This document shows positions 9,736 through 23,507 of a stretch of DNA of 64,000 bases, piece after piece. Numbering within the stretch: position 1 is the first letter of the stretch; every line of letters starts with the position of its first letter. A program made the position numbers and the translations under genes. The stretch covers positions 12,146-76,145 of the forward strand of contig JAVWKG010000001.1 in NCBI GenBank assembly GCA_036638655.1, read 5' to 3'. The notes under the pieces were generated by a model. The model ran no database searches and was not told the DNA's origin. It worked only from the letters and a program-made list of their open reading frames with translations. Origin of the DNA: Lysinibacillus sp. GTDB taxonomy: Bacteria > Bacillota > Bacilli > Bacillales_A > Planococcaceae.

Positions 9736-10683
9736 TTAGTTGATTGTCTCAAAATAAGCAATTGATTGTTGTTTGTCTTTTTCAATTTGTTCTTTCAATG
9801 CGTCAATCCCATCGAATTTACGTTCACTTCGAATGCGCTTATACCAAGCAACCTTCACTTCTTCACCGTAAATATTTTTTTCGAAATCTAAAATATGTAC
9901 TTCGATTGAAAGTTGTTTATTATTCGGATCTTGGAATGTTGGTTTGTAACCTACATTACAAACACCATTGTACCATTCGTTTTGCACAAGTAGTCGGACT
10001 GCATAAACACCTGTAGCAGGGATAAATGCGCCTTCTAATGATTGTACATTTACTGTTGGGAATCCGATTGTGCGACCACGCTTATCACCATGAATGACAA
10101 TACCTGCAATTTCGAATGGTCGTCCAAGTAATGTATGTGCATTTTCTACATCGCCTTCTTGCAGCATTTTACGAATGCGGGTTGAGCTGATTTTTTCAAT
10201 CGCATCTGCTTTTTTGTCTACAATTGTTACGCCGAAATCACCATTGCTCAACGAACACATGTCTTCCATCTTCCCTTTTCCTAATGCACCAAAAGAAAAG
10301 TCAAAGCCTGCTGTCACGTGTTGAATATTTAAGCTACGAATAAACGTGTCAATAAAATTACTCGGCGACAATTTTGCAAAGTCCGATGTAAAATGCACAA
10401 CAAAAACAGTATCCACTTCAAGTTCAGCAAATAACTTTAGTTTTTCCTGTAATAGCGTAATGTAAAATACTTTTTCATTGCGCCCACCTAGTACAACAGA
10501 AGGATGCGGGTCGAATGTCATAACCGCTGTCGGAATTTGTCGCTTCATACCTTCTTGTTTAGCTGCTTCGATAACTGCTTGATGCCCTAAATGCACACCA
10601 TCAAAAAAGCCAATTGCAAGCGAGTGTCCCTCTAAATCTCCTTGTTGTAATTGATGAGGGTATTTTAAATGAATGACCTTCAT
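9736..10683 (-). CDS. ribF: Bifunctional riboflavin kinase/FAD synthetase
   Basis: GFFDGVHLGH, ISSTRIR, GRTIGFPTVN. Confidence 0.97.
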   Translation of the reverse strand: MKVIHLKYPHQLQQGDLEGHSLAIGFFDGVHLGHQAVIEAAKQEGMKRQIPTAVMTFDPHPSVVLGGRNEKVFYITLLQEKLKLFAELEVDTVFVVHFTSDFAKLSPSNFIDTFIRSLNIQHVTAGFDFSFGALGKGKMEDMCSLSNGDFGVTIVDKKADAIEKISSTRIRKMLQEGDVENAHTLLGRPFEIAGIVIHGDKRGRTIGFPTVNVQSLEGAFIPATGVYAVRLLVQNEWYNGVCNVGYKPTFQDPNNKQLSIEVHILDFEKNIYGEEVKVAWYKRIRSERKFDGIDALKEQIEKDKQQSIAYFETIN

Positions 10684-10696
10684 ACGGAAATTCCTC

Positions 10697-11608
10697 CTAT
10701 TCTAACGTCGGGAACATTTTATGTGGCTTCATTAGCCCTTCTTTTGAAGGATGAGCCTGATATACTGCAAGCGCTTTTCCATTAATCCCAAATACAATTT
10801 TATCATGTATTTCTAATAATGCATTGTTTGGAAGCACTTGCCCATTTAAAATCTCTTTACGGTTCGTATCATCGATTTCTACAAATGGGTACTCACTTAA
10901 TGCATGTTCAACAGGTAAAATACAAGACTGCACATTTTCAGCTTCCATTAGTTCTGCTACTTGTGCTAATGTGTAACAATTTTCTTGTGTAAAGCTACCT
11001 GAAGCAGTTCGTACTAGCTCTGCCATATGCGCAGGATAGCCAAGTGCTTCACCAATTTGTACAGCTAATGTACGAATGTAAGTCCCTTTACTACAAGCAA
11101 TGCGGATAGGAAAAATCAGCTCTTGTCCTTCATATATGCTTTTATCATCTAATAGCTCTAATGCATGGATTGTCACTTGGCGCGTTGGTCTTTCAACAAC
11201 TTCACCTTTACGCGCATATTCATACAGCCTTTTTCCATTTACTTTTACAGCAGAAAACATTGGTGGCGTTTGGTTAATTAATCCTGTTAATGATGCAAGT
11301 GCTGCTAGCAACTGTTCTCGTGTTACTGATTTATGTGCATCATTCATTTCTACCGTTTCGCCCTCAGCATCCTCTGTCGTTGTCGAACGACCAATAGAAA
11401 TGACTGCTTCATAAACTTTTCCTGTATCCGTCAAATACTCTGCAATGCGCGTTGCTTGCCCGATACAAATCGGTAATACACCTTCCACACCCGGATCTAA
11501 AGTGCCCGTGTGCCCTACCTTTTTAGTTTTCAATATTTTTCGTAGCTTAAAAACACAATCATGCGAGGTCATACCTCGTTCTTTCCAAAGTGGCAAAATT
11601 CCGTTCAT
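10697..11608 (-). CDS. truB: tRNA pseudouridine(55) synthase
   Basis: KVGHTGTLDP, CSKGTYIRTL. Confidence 0.97.
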   Translation of the reverse strand: MNGILPLWKERGMTSHDCVFKLRKILKTKKVGHTGTLDPGVEGVLPICIGQATRIAEYLTDTGKVYEAVISIGRSTTTEDAEGETVEMNDAHKSVTREQLLAALASLTGLINQTPPMFSAVKVNGKRLYEYARKGEVVERPTRQVTIHALELLDDKSIYEGQELIFPIRIACSKGTYIRTLAVQIGEALGYPAHMAELVRTASGSFTQENCYTLAQVAELMEAENVQSCILPVEHALSEYPFVEIDDTNRKEILNGQVLPNNALLEIHDKIVFGINGKALAVYQAHPSKEGLMKPHKMFPTLE

Positions 11609-11667
11609 GTCGTTCCTCCTCTATCAATTACGCTTCGCGGGTATTTTGAAGCCCGCTGAATGAAGAT

Positions 11668-11712
11668 AAAAAAGCCTGCTTCGCATAATTCATTATGCAG
11701 ATGCAGGCTTTT
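11668..11712 (-). terminator. Intrinsic terminator after rbfA
   Basis: AAAAGCCTGC...GCAGGCTTTT. Confidence 0.75.
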
Positions 11713-11719
11713 GAATTGC

Positions 11720-12064
11720 TTAGTTTTCTTCGTGTAATGAACGAAGTAATGAATCGATTTTGTTACCATATTCAATCGATGAATCAAATTCAAAGAGTAA
11801 TTCTGGTGTTCGACGTAAACGAATACGTTGACCGATTTCTGTACGGATGAAACCTGAAGCTTTTACTAATGCTTTTAAAGTTTCCTCACGTTCGCGTTCA
11901 TTACCTAGTGACGTAATAAAAATTGTCGCTTGTTGTAAATCCCCTGTAACATCAACACCTGTTACTGTTACAAAGCCAACACGCGGATCTTTAATTTTAC
12001 GGCTAATAATTTCACCAAGCTCTTTTTTCATCTGCTCAGCAACACGATTCGAGCGTAGAGACAT
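11720..12064 (-). CDS. rbfA: Ribosome-binding factor A
   Basis: [20 protein letters not shown]. Confidence 0.97.
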   Translation of the reverse strand: MSLRSNRVAEQMKKELGEIISRKIKDPRVGFVTVTGVDVTGDLQQATIFITSLGNEREREETLKALVKASGFIRTEIGQRIRLRRTPELLFEFDSSIEYGNKIDSLLRSLHEEN

Positions 12065-12086
12065 AGTTAGTCACCTCAATTTCTTA

Positions 12087-12365
12087 CTATAAGTAGTCAC
12101 GCCATACATCAAGCTGTTCCCATGAAGGATTCGACTGTAAAAAATGAAGAGCATGGTTGATTTCACGCTCTGCTGCCTCTTTTGAAGAAGAAACAGCAAC
12201 AAGCGCTAATTTCGTCCGTTGCCACACATTTTGATGGTCAATCTCTGCAATAGACACATTAAACTTTTGTTTCGTACGGGTAACCATACGCTGCAAAACA
12301 GCGCGTTTTTCCTTTAAAGAATGGGCAGTAGGAATCAAAAATTCACATTCTGCGTAAACAATCAT
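12087..12365 (-). CDS. ylxP: DUF503 protein
   Basis: SLKEKR, KFNVSIAE; synteny between infB and rbfA. Confidence 0.9.
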   Translation of the reverse strand: MIVYAECEFLIPTAHSLKEKRAVLQRMVTRTKQKFNVSIAEIDHQNVWQRTKLALVAVSSSKEAAEREINHALHFLQSNPSWEQLDVWRDYL

Positions 12366-14686
12366 TAGCGCTTAATTTCTTCCATCACATAAGCCTCGAT
12401 GATGTCGCCTTCTTTAATATCATTGAAGTTAGTAATTGTAATACCACATTCGTATCCTCTTGCTACTTCTTTTACTTCGTCTTTGAAGCGTTTTAATGTA
12501 TCAAGTTCACCTTCGAAAATCACGACGTTATCACGGATGACACGAACGCCAGAATCGCGTGTTACTTTACCTTCAGTTACGTAAGAACCAGCAATCGTTC
12601 CTACTTTAGACACTTTAATTGTTTGACGAACTTCTGCTTGACCAATAATTTTCTCTTCAAATTCTGGATCTAACATACCTTTCATCGCTTGCTCAATTTC
12701 TTCAATTACTTTATAAATAACGCGGTGTAAACGAATATCTACGCCTTCTTCTTCAGCTGCACGTTTAGCATTAACATCAGGACGGACATTAAAGCCGATA
12801 ACAATTGCATTTGAAGCTGCTGCAAGTGAGATATCTGATTCAGTAATCGCACCAGCACCTGTATGAATAATTTTTACGTTTACGCCTTCTACATCGATCT
12901 TCATAAGAGATGCAGCCATCGCTTCAACTGTACCTTGTACGTCAGCTTTTACGATTAAGTTAAGCTCTTTCATCTCACCTTGGCTCATTTGCTCGAATAA
13001 GTTATCAAGCGTTACGCGTTGTTTTTCAGAACGCTGTGCTTGAATTGCTGTCATCGCGCGTGTTTCACCAACTTGACGAGCTGTTTTTTCGTCTTCAAAT
13101 ACGACGAAACGGTCACCAGCTTGTGGCACATCGTTTAAACCAGTAATTTCAATTGGTGTTGACGGTCCTGCTTCTTTTACACGACGACCTTTGTCATTGA
13201 CCATCGCACGTACACGACCATATGCGTGACCTACTACGATTGGATCTCCAACTCTAAGCGTACCATCTTGTACTAAAAGGGTAGCTACTGAACCGCGGCC
13301 CTTATCAAGTTGTGCTTCAATAACAGTACCAAGTGCTGCACGTTTTGGACTTGCTTTTAACTCACCCACTTCTGCAACAAGTAATACCATTTCTAATAGT
13401 GTATCAATTCCTTCACCTTTTAATGCAGAAATCGGTACAAAAATTGTTTCTCCACCCCATGCTTCAGGAACTAAACCATGTTCTGTTAATTCTTGCATCA
13501 CACGGTCTGGATTTGCACTTGGTTTATCCATTTTGTTTACAGCAACAATAATAGGTACTTCTGCAGCTTTTGCATGGTTAATGGCTTCAACTGTTTGAGG
13601 CATTACACCATCGTCAGCAGCTACTACTAAAATTGTTAAGTCTGTAATTTTCGCTCCACGTGCACGCATTGTCGTGAACGCTGCGTGTCCAGGTGTATCA
13701 AGGAAAGTGATTTTTTTATCGCCTTCAGTTACTTGATAAGCACCAATATGTTGCGTAATACCACCCGCTTCACCCGCTGTTACTTTTGTTTGGCGGATAG
13801 AGTCTAATAATGTAGTTTTACCATGGTCAACGTGCCCCATAATTGTTACTACTGGTGGACGCTCTGATAATTCAGCTTCGCTCACTTCTTCATTTTGCTC
13901 GAAGTGTGTTTCAAGATCCGTAATATCTACACGGATTTCTTCTTCTACATCTACACCGTAGTCCGTACAAATTAACTCAATTGCATCTTTATCAAGCTCT
14001 TGGTTAATAGTAGCCATTACACCTAGCATAAATAATTTTTTAATAATTTCTGATGGTTCACGGTATAACTTTTTAGCAAGTTCTGCTACAGAAAGTGATT
14101 CATAAAAAGTGATTTTTTCCGGTAATTCTTTTTGTTTTACTGGAAGTGTTGGTTGATGCGTTTTTGGATGTCGACGTTTACCGCCGTGAATTCCTGGTTT
14201 AGGACGTTGGTTATAACCGCCGCCTCTGCGGTTGTTGTTGTTACTATTATTATTTTGTGTCATATTTCTATTTTGATTACCTTTATTATTCTTAGATTTT
14301 TCGTTAGACGAATTAGTGTTTTGTTGCGTTTGTTGCTGTTGGTTTGGTTTTGGTCTAGGAGCAGTTGTAACAGCTTGTTGCTTGTTACCCTCTTGTCTTT
14401 TTACAGATTGCTGCCCTTTGTTTTGTTGAGCATTATTACTTTGCTGAGCATTTTTTGGAGATGGTTGAGAATTTTGTCGAGCTTGTTGTTGCGTTTGAGC
14501 TTTTGGTGCAAGCTTTTTCGGCTCAGCCCCTGTTTTAAAAGTAGAATCTAACTTTGTCACTGTCTCTGTTTCAAGCATAGACATATGATTTGTTACACTC
14601 ACTTTTAGCTCTTTTAATTGCTCGATGATTTCTTTACTCGATTTATTCACTTTTTTTGCATATTCATGAACTCTAATTTTGGTCAT
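12365..14686 (-). CDS. infB: Translation initiation factor IF-2
   Basis: [18 protein letters not shown]. Confidence 0.98.
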   Translation of the reverse strand: MTKIRVHEYAKKVNKSSKEIIEQLKELKVSVTNHMSMLETETVTKLDSTFKTGAEPKKLAPKAQTQQQARQNSQPSPKNAQQSNNAQQNKGQQSVKRQEGNKQQAVTTAPRPKPNQQQQTQQNTNSSNEKSKNNKGNQNRNMTQNNNSNNNNRRGGGYNQRPKPGIHGGKRRHPKTHQPTLPVKQKELPEKITFYESLSVAELAKKLYREPSEIIKKLFMLGVMATINQELDKDAIELICTDYGVDVEEEIRVDITDLETHFEQNEEVSEAELSERPPVVTIMGHVDHGKTTLLDSIRQTKVTAGEAGGITQHIGAYQVTEGDKKITFLDTPGHAAFTTMRARGAKITDLTILVVAADDGVMPQTVEAINHAKAAEVPIIVAVNKMDKPSANPDRVMQELTEHGLVPEAWGGETIFVPISALKGEGIDTLLEMVLLVAEVGELKASPKRAALGTVIEAQLDKGRGSVATLLVQDGTLRVGDPIVVGHAYGRVRAMVNDKGRRVKEAGPSTPIEITGLNDVPQAGDRFVVFEDEKTARQVGETRAMTAIQAQRSEKQRVTLDNLFEQMSQGEMKELNLIVKADVQGTVEAMAASLMKIDVEGVNVKIIHTGAGAITESDISLAAASNAIVIGFNVRPDVNAKRAAEEEGVDIRLHRVIYKVIEEIEQAMKGMLDPEFEEKIIGQAEVRQTIKVSKVGTIAGSYVTEGKVTRDSGVRVIRDNVVIFEGELDTLKRFKDEVKEVARGYECGITITNFNDIKEGDIIEAYVMEEIKR

Positions 14687-14700
14687 CTGCTCACCCCCGA

Positions 14701-15009
14701 TTATTTTTCGTTGAGTAGACTAGACAATTTGCTTGCAAAACCTTTGTCAGTAATTGCTAAAGCCACACGGGCCGCTTTACCTGTAGCATGTCCTAACTCA
14801 TAACGATCGCCAATCACATGATACTCAACGTTGTAATACGTGCATTTATCTTGAATTTTTTTGCTAGTGTTTTTAGATGCGTCATTCGATAATAATACGA
14901 TTTTCGCATTACCATTCCTTACTTCACTAATAACTAACTCTTCACCTGATGTAACTTTACGAGCTCTCGCCGCAATGCCAAGCAAATTAAAAATTGCTTG
15001 ATTCTTCAT
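14701..15009 (-). CDS. ylxQ: L7Ae-family RNA-binding protein
   Basis: [24 protein letters not shown]; synteny. Confidence 0.92.
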   Translation of the reverse strand: MKNQAIFNLLGIAARARKVTSGEELVISEVRNGNAKIVLLSNDASKNTSKKIQDKCTYYNVEYHVIGDRYELGHATGKAARVALAITDKGFASKLSSLLNEK

Positions 15010-15284
15010 ACGATCGACTCCCTACGAATCAATGTCAGTAGTTCCTCGTAAACTTCTTCAGGAATTTTCACATCAAGTTGGTGCCCTAAAACATTTTTCT
15101 TACGTGCGATGTCAACTGCTTGCTCAGACTTTGAAACATAAGCCCCACGTCCAGGCTTCTTACCTGAAACATCGACACTTACCTCTCCTTCTTTGGAGCG
15201 AACAACACGAATCATTGATTTCTTCGGTAGCATTTCTCCAGTAGCTACGCATTTACGTAAAGGTACTTTTTTATTAATCGACAT
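15006..15284 (-). CDS. ylxR: YlxR/DUF448 nucleic-acid-binding protein
   Basis: PLRKCVATGE, GRGAYV. Confidence 0.93.
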   Translation of the reverse strand: MSINKKVPLRKCVATGEMLPKKSMIRVVRSKEGEVSVDVSGKKPGRGAYVSKSEQAVDIARKKNVLGHQLDVKIPEEVYEELLTLIRRESIV

Positions 15285-15371
15285 AAGAATCACCCTCCCT
15301 TATGAAGCTTCGTAAGAGATGTGGCAAATAAACAACTAGTCTGTACCTATTTACCACATTGGCTTCCTTAC

Positions 15372-16508
15372 TTATTCTTCGTCGTCTTGATATAAATCAA
15401 CCTTAATATCTTCAAAATCACTTTCTTCGTCCATTGCTGGAACGAATGTACTTGTAGAAGATGGATAAATACCTAATTCACGTGCGTCTGTTTCGCTCTT
15501 AATATCGATTTTCCAGCCCGTTAATTTTGCTGCTAAACGAGCATTTTGACCACGTTTACCAATTGCTAATGATAATTGGTAGTCAGGTACAACAACAGTT
15601 GTTGATTTTTCTTCTTCATTTACTTGAACATCTAAAACTTTAGACGGGCTCAGTGCGTTCGCTACGAATATCACTGGGTCCTCTGACCATTCAACGATGT
15701 CAATTTTTTCACCGTTCAGTTCATTTACAATTGTTTGTACACGCGCGCCTTTAGCACCTACACATGAACCAACTGGATCTACTTCTTCGTTATGCGCAAA
15801 TACTGAAATTTTAGAACGATCACCCGCTTCACGAGCAATAGACTTAATCTCTACAATACCTTCATAAATTTCAGGTACTTCCATTTCGAATAAGCGACGC
15901 AGTAAACCTGGATGTGTACGTGATACAATTACTTGTGGTCCACGTGTCGTACGCTCCACTTTTGTAATATACACTTTAATGCGCTCATGTGGATTATACT
16001 TCTCACCTTGAATTTGCTCGTTCTGAGGTAACGCCGCTTCCACTTTCCCAAGACCCACATAAATATTACGTGCATCTAAACGCTCAACAATACCCGTTAC
16101 AATATCATCTTCACGGTCCACATACTCTTCGTATATTAAGCCTCGCTCCGCTTCACGAACACGTTGCGTTACAACTTGCTTAGCCGTTTGAGCTGCAATA
16201 CGACCGAAATCACGTGGCGTTACTTCTTGCTCCACAATATCCTCTAAGTCATAAACTGGATTAATGGCCTTTGCATCTTCAAGTGAAATTTGCAGACGAT
16301 CGTCTTCAACTTCCTCTACAACATCTTTACGCGAGAATACGCGCATTGACCCTTTGTCTAAGTTTAAGTCGACACGAACATTCTGCGCTTGGTTAAAATT
16401 GCGCTTGTAAGCCGTAACTAAAGCCGCTTCAATTGCTTCGATTAGTACTTCTTTTGAAATTCCCTTTTGTTGCAGCGCAGTTAACGCATCTAACAAATCA
16501 CTACTCAT
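15372..16508 (-). CDS. nusA: Transcription elongation factor NusA
   Basis: FGRIAAQTAKQ, AREAGDRSK, AIGKRGQNARLA; start moved to MSSDLL. Confidence 0.98.
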   Translation of the reverse strand: MSSDLLDALTALQQKGISKEVLIEAIEAALVTAYKRNFNQAQNVRVDLNLDKGSMRVFSRKDVVEEVEDDRLQISLEDAKAINPVYDLEDIVEQEVTPRDFGRIAAQTAKQVVTQRVREAERGLIYEEYVDREDDIVTGIVERLDARNIYVGLGKVEAALPQNEQIQGEKYNPHERIKVYITKVERTTRGPQVIVSRTHPGLLRRLFEMEVPEIYEGIVEIKSIAREAGDRSKISVFAHNEEVDPVGSCVGAKGARVQTIVNELNGEKIDIVEWSEDPVIFVANALSPSKVLDVQVNEEEKSTTVVVPDYQLSLAIGKRGQNARLAAKLTGWKIDIKSETDARELGIYPSSTSTFVPAMDEESDFEDIKVDLYQDDEE

Positions 16509-16530
16509 CTTTTTCACTCCTAAATATGCA

Positions 16531-17007
16531 TTATGCAGAAAAATCGATTGCAAGACGTGCCAATGCGATTTTTTCTTGTTCAATTGATACTGTAATTTTT
16601 CTAGTTTTAATACGTACATCCAAAGTCAATGTATGTTCATCATATGATGTTAAGTAGCCATAGAATTCTTTTAAATCTTTAATGGGCTCATACACCTTTA
16701 CGTAAATGTATTTCCCTATTGCATTTTCAAAGTCTACGTCTTTTTTCAGTGGTCGTTCCGCACCTGGTGAAGAAACTTCTAAGTAATAGTTTTGTTCAAT
16801 TGGATCTTTTTCATCCAAAATTGCACTTAATCTTTCGCTTACTTGAGAGCACTGGTCAATATCGATATTACCTTCAGGAGTATCAATATACACACGTAAA
16901 AACCAGTTACGTCCTTCTTTAACGAATTCTACATCGACTAGTTCAAGATTTAACTCTTCAACAATCGGTGTCGCAAGCTGCTCTATTATAGATGGTACTT
17001 GGCTCAT
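16531..17007 (-). CDS. rimP: Ribosome maturation factor RimP
   Basis: YYLEVSSPGAERPL. Confidence 0.97.
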   Translation of the reverse strand: MSQVPSIIEQLATPIVEELNLELVDVEFVKEGRNWFLRVYIDTPEGNIDIDQCSQVSERLSAILDEKDPIEQNYYLEVSSPGAERPLKKDVDFENAIGKYIYVKVYEPIKDLKEFYGYLTSYDEHTLTLDVRIKTRKITVSIEQEKIALARLAIDFSA

Positions 17008-17113
17008 AGTATCCTCCTGACATCTTTCGTTTTCGGGTCTAACAACAGTGAAGTTTTAACATCCTACTGCTGGTTGTCTTTTCAAAATTTGTTTTGCTAC
17101 GTTATAACAACAG

Positions 17114-17140
17114 AAAAGAGCGGGAAAGCCCCACTCTTTT
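17114..17140 (-). promoter_or_regulatory. rimP-leader-like attenuator hairpin
   Basis: AAAAGAGTGGG-GCTTT-CCCGCTCTTTT, just downstream of promoter TTGCAA(17200-17195)-N17-TATTCT. Confidence 0.7.
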
Positions 17141-17264
17141 GCTGCAAAACTATCAACAAATAATTACCATTAGAATAGCATAGTCCGCTTAACATTGCAA
17201 ATTTCCTATTTAAAGCGAGAAGCGGTTCTTAAGCGGTTTCCAGCATTTCCATGACTAATTTCAA

Positions 17265-20200
17265 TTAAAATAAAGATAACTGATTTGCATCAGGCATTCC
17301 TTCTAAACAGCCGAGTTGATCCATGTATTCTATCAATGTTTTTGACACGCGTCCACGCTGTTGTAAATCTTCCTTCGATAAAAACTCACCGTTCTCACGA
17401 GCAGCTACAATAGCTTTCGCTACGTTCGTCCCAAGTCCTGGTATTGCATCGAAAGGTGGAATTAACGTATTGTCCTCAATGATAAATTCACTTGCTTGTG
17501 AACGATATAAATCCACCTTCTGGAAACTCATTCCACGTTCACACATTTCGAGTGCTAACTCCATAACTGTTAGTAAGTTTTTCTCTTTCGTCGAAGCATC
17601 TAGACCTTTAGCATTGATTTCATCCACTTTCGAACGAATCATTTGAGAGCCCTGTGTCATGGCAATCAAATCAAAATCGTCGGCTCGCACCGTGAAATAA
17701 GCCGCATAGTACAGTATTGGGAAATGCACTTTAAACCAAGCGATACGTACAGCCATTAGTACATAAGCTGCCGCGTGCGCTTTAGGGAACATGTATTTTA
17801 TCTTTTTACATGATTCGATATACCAGCCTGGTACTTTATTTGCCAGCATTTCTGTTTCAAATTCTTCAGATAAACCTTTCCCTTTACGTACTGATTCCAT
17901 TATTTTAAAAGCAAGCGAAGGCTCGAGCCCTTGATAAATTAAATAGACCATAATATCATCTCGACAGCCAATTACTTCTTTTAATACACATGTACCATTT
18001 TGAATGAGCTCTTGCGCATTACTCAGCCAAACATCTGTCCCGTGCGATAAACCAGAAATTTGTACAAGTTCTGAAAACGTTGATGGCTTTGTATCCTCTA
18101 ACATTTGACGTACGAAGCGTGTACCAAATTCAGGAATACCAAGTGTCCCTGTTTTACAGCCGATTTGCTTTTCCGTCACGCCTAACGATTCAGGAGAACT
18201 GAAAATCTGCATCACAAATGGATCATCTGTCGGTATTGTTTTCGGATCTATGCCGGATAAATCTTGCAACATACGAATTACGGTCGGATCATCGTGACCA
18301 AGAATATCGAGCTTTAAAATATTATCGTGAATCGAGTGGAAGTCAAAGTGTGTTGTTTTCCATTCTGAATCTTGCGCGTCAGCAGGGAACTGCACCGGTG
18401 AGAAATCATAAATATCCATATAGTCTGGTACTACAATAATTCCCCCTGGATGCTGCCCAGTTGTTCGTTTAACACCTGTACACCCTTGTACAAGTCGGTC
18501 AACTTCCGCACCACGATAATGCTGATTGTGATCATTTGCATATCCTTTTACGTAACCATATGCTGTTTTTTCAGCAACTGTTCCGATTGTTCCAGCACGA
18601 AATACGTAATCCTCGCCAAATAGCTCTTTTGTATAATTATGTGCCTGAGGTTGATATTCACCTGAGAAGTTCAAATCGATGTCGGGCACCTTGTCTCCTT
18701 TAAATCCAAGGAATGTTTCGAACGGGATATCTTGGCCATCTTTTTTATAGGTAGTTCCACATTCAGTGCAGTCTTTATTCGGTAAATCATAGCCCGAGCT
18801 AACTGATCCATCATTGAAAAACTCTGCATGCTTACAATTAGGGCAAATATAATGTGGTGGCAATGGATTTACTTCGGTAATTTCCATAAAGGTCGCAACG
18901 AGTGAAGAACCGACAGAACCACGCGAACCTACTAAATAGCCATCTGCCAATGATTTTTTCACGAGCTTCGCCGAAATTAAATAAATAACGCCGAATCCAT
19001 GCCCTAAAATCGATTTTAACTCCTTCTCGATACGAGCCTTCACGATTTCCGGCAATTGTTCACCGTATATTGCATTTGCCATTTCATATGTTAAATTCGT
19101 TACTTCATCGTCAGAGCCTTCGATTTTCGGTGTATATAAATCATCTTTAATCGGCTTCACATCACCAATGCGATTAGCTACTTCCTGCGTGTTTGTCACA
19201 ACAATTTCTTTTGCAATATCTGGTCCGAGGAAGTCAAACTCAGTAAGCATTTCATCTGTCGTTCTAAAATGTACTTTTGGTAACTTATATCGATTCAAAG
19301 GATTAGCGCCACCTTGCGAACCAACAAGTATTTGTCTAAATACACTATCATTAGGATCTAAATAGTGCACATTTCCTGTTGCTACTACGGGTTTATTTAA
19401 TTTCTTCCCTAGTTTAACAAGCTTGCGAATAATATCTTCAATCGTCCATTCATCACGCACGATATTTCCCTCAATTAAATGGGCATAAACCGGTTTTGGA
19501 TGCACTTCAATGTAATCATAAAATGCCGCTACTTTTTCCGCTTCTTCAGGTGACTTTTGCATCATCGTTTCAAAAAGCTCACCTTTATCGCAACCAGAAC
19601 CTATTAATAAACCTTCACGGTATTGCTCTAGTGTCGAGCGTGTTACTCGCGGGACACGATAAAAGGTTTTCGTATGGGCATGTGTTACAAGCTTAAATAA
19701 ATTTTTCAAGCCTACTTCGTTGACAGCAAGTATCGTACAATGACTCGGTCTTGCCTTTTTATAAGCTTCTCCGCCACCGACATGCTTATTAAAATCATCG
19801 TGATACTTAATGTTAATCTCATCCGCTTCTTTTAATAGATGAAGTAACAGGTAGCCCGTTGCTTCGGTATCATAAATGGCACGGTGATGCTGAGTTAGCT
19901 CAATACCGAATTTTTTACATAATGTATTCAATCGATGATTTTTCATTGTTGGGTATAATAACCGAGCAAGCTCTAATGTATCAATGACTGGATGTACTAC
20001 ATTTTCTAAACCAAACTTCTTATAGCCTGTATATAGGAAGCCCATATCAAAAGATGCATTATGCGCAACAACAATGGAGTCGCCGATAAATTCATGGAAC
20101 TCGCGAATGACTTGTTCCACTTCTGGAGCAGTTCTTACCATATCGTCTGTAATACCTGTTAACTCGATTGTCGTTGCTGACAGAGCGTGGTGAGGATTCG

Positions 20201-21596
20201 CAAAGCTTTCGTACTTATCAATTACTTGACCATCTTTAATTCTAACGGCTGCTAATTCAATAATCGTATCATAAGCAGTGGAAAGACCCGTTGTTTCAAC
20301 GTCAAACACGACAAATGTATCATCTTCAAGCAAACGATGTTGCGGTGCATAAGCAATCGGCACACCATCATTTACTAAATAAGCTTCTAAACCGTAAATG
20401 ACCTTAATGCCATGCTTTTTTCCAGCAGCATAGGCATCCGGGAAAGATTGTACGATAGCATGATCGGTAATCGCTATCGCAGGGTGACCCCATTTTGCCG
20501 CCTGTTCGACAAGTCGCCCAACAGGTGTCACTGCATCCATCTGGCTCATCGGTGTATGCATATGCAGTTCTACGCGTTTTTCTCCTTCGGGCGCTGTATC
20601 ACGACGCGGTTCTTTTTTCACTTCGTTAATATCATTCGCCATGACGATTAAATCACGAAGGAAAGTATCTGTTTGGACTGAACCACGAACCTTTACCCAC
20701 ATACCTTTTTTCAAATACTGCATTAGTTCGGCATCCTCATTATCACGTGAGAACATTTTTACTATAATTGAGTCTGTATAGTCGGTAATTTTAATTTGTA
20801 AAAGGGAACGTCCGCTTTTAAGCTCTTTCACTTCTGCATCAAAGACAAATCCTTCTACTACGACGCGGCGCTCTTCCTCGATAATGCGCTTAATGTCCAT
20901 CATTTCAGTATCTTTAATTAGCGAACCGAGCTGGAATGGTCGATCTCCTAGTCCTGCAATTGCAGGATTGTCTTTTTTATCTTGCTCACGCTTTTTAAAA
21001 TCTTCCATTGCCTGCTGTGATAACATCGCTTCTTCTAGACGCTTTTGTTCTGCGAATGCCTCTTGCGCAGCACGCATCTCTTCAGTTTCCTCTTGTAAAA
21101 CGAAGTCGATTGCAATCGGAGGAAAACCGAATTGTGCGAAGCCAGCAGATAATTTCTCTGCATATTTCGTTTTCAACATCATATATTCCATTTCCTGCAT
21201 GCAAGAAAGCGTCATCTTTTGACCATTCCACTCAGGAATTTGAGATATAAGACCATTTTTCAACGTTGGTGCCATATCATCTATTTGCTCAACTACCGTT
21301 AACCAATAATCCTGAATTAGATCCTTTGTCACCAATTGTTCCACTGTTTCAATTGTCATATTTATTTGGGCTATTGCCGCAAATTTTTCTGTTAAGTGTG
21401 TACGGAACAATTGATAAAGTGCGAATGGCAAAATATCCTGTAATTTCACAGTGAAATGCCATAATCTATCTTTTTTATGGACAGTTAAACGTGATAGTTC
21501 ACCGCCCTCAAAAAATGACATATAGACATCTTCTGTTAGTTCAAGCTGTTGCAGAAGCATTTTAAACCGCATTTTCGCTTCTTGTTCATTTTCCAA
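17265..21596 (-). CDS. polC: DNA polymerase III PolC
   Basis: PHP domain (ELHMHT), exonuclease [19 protein letters not shown]. Confidence 0.98.
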   Translation of the reverse strand: MENEQEAKMRFKMLLQQLELTEDVYMSFFEGGELSRLTVHKKDRLWHFTVKLQDILPFALYQLFRTHLTEKFAAIAQINMTIETVEQLVTKDLIQDYWLTVVEQIDDMAPTLKNGLISQIPEWNGQKMTLSCMQEMEYMMLKTKYAEKLSAGFAQFGFPPIAIDFVLQEETEEMRAAQEAFAEQKRLEEAMLSQQAMEDFKKREQDKKDNPAIAGLGDRPFQLGSLIKDTEMMDIKRIIEEERRVVVEGFVFDAEVKELKSGRSLLQIKITDYTDSIIVKMFSRDNEDAELMQYLKKGMWVKVRGSVQTDTFLRDLIVMANDINEVKKEPRRDTAPEGEKRVELHMHTPMSQMDAVTPVGRLVEQAAKWGHPAIAITDHAIVQSFPDAYAAGKKHGIKVIYGLEAYLVNDGVPIAYAPQHRLLEDDTFVVFDVETTGLSTAYDTIIELAAVRIKDGQVIDKYESFANPHHALSATTIELTGITDDMVRTAPEVEQVIREFHEFIGDSIVVAHNASFDMGFLYTGYKKFGLENVVHPVIDTLELARLLYPTMKNHRLNTLCKKFGIELTQHHRAIYDTEATGYLLLHLLKEADEINIKYHDDFNKHVGGGEAYKKARPSHCTILAVNEVGLKNLFKLVTHAHTKTFYRVPRVTRSTLEQYREGLLIGSGCDKGELFETMMQKSPEEAEKVAAFYDYIEVHPKPVYAHLIEGNIVRDEWTIEDIIRKLVKLGKKLNKPVVATGNVHYLDPNDSVFRQILVGSQGGANPLNRYKLPKVHFRTTDEMLTEFDFLGPDIAKEIVVTNTQEVANRIGDVKPIKDDLYTPKIEGSDDEVTNLTYEMANAIYGEQLPEIVKARIEKELKSILGHGFGVIYLISAKLVKKSLADGYLVGSRGSVGSSLVATFMEITEVNPLPPHYICPNCKHAEFFNDGSVSSGYDLPNKDCTECGTTYKKDGQDIPFETFLGFKGDKVPDIDLNFSGEYQPQAHNYTKELFGEDYVFRAGTIGTVAEKTAYGYVKGYANDHNQHYRGAEVDRLVQGCTGVKRTTGQHPGGIIVVPDYMDIYDFSPVQFPADAQDSEWKTTHFDFHSIHDNILKLDILGHDDPTVIRMLQDLSGIDPKTIPTDDPFVMQIFSSPESLGVTEKQIGCKTGTLGIPEFGTRFVRQMLEDTKPSTFSELVQISGLSHGTDVWLSNAQELIQNGTCVLKEVIGCRDDIMVYLIYQGLEPSLAFKIMESVRKGKGLSEEFETEMLANKVPGWYIESCKKIKYMFPKAHAAAYVLMAVRIAWFKVHFPILYYAAYFTVRADDFDLIAMTQGSQMIRSKVDEINAKGLDASTKEKNLLTVMELALEMCERGMSFQKVDLYRSQASEFIIEDNTLIPPFDAIPGLGTNVAKAIVAARENGEFLSKEDLQQRGRVSKTLIEYMDQLGCLEGMPDANQLSLF

Positions 21597-21689
21597 CCTA
21601 CCTACACCTCCAACACTTCTTTGTTAAATTTATCGATTGAAAAAGAAAGGAAAGGAAAGTACTCACTTACTGTACCTTCCTTCCATAAA

Positions 21690-23429
<1,740 letters not shown>

Positions 23430-23507
23430 TCATACTCTAGCATAAACAAATTTAGCTTTGAACGCAATGCTATGTATCACATGCGCTCAAAGCTTTAGTT
23501 AATTAAC

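Noticed and set aside
15319-15359. Hairpin between nusA and ylxR as a terminator
   Set aside because: No U-tract; probably an ordinary intercistronic stem-loop
17265-21596. Intein or intron in polC
   Set aside because: Length (1443 aa) and domain order are normal, with no splicing motifs
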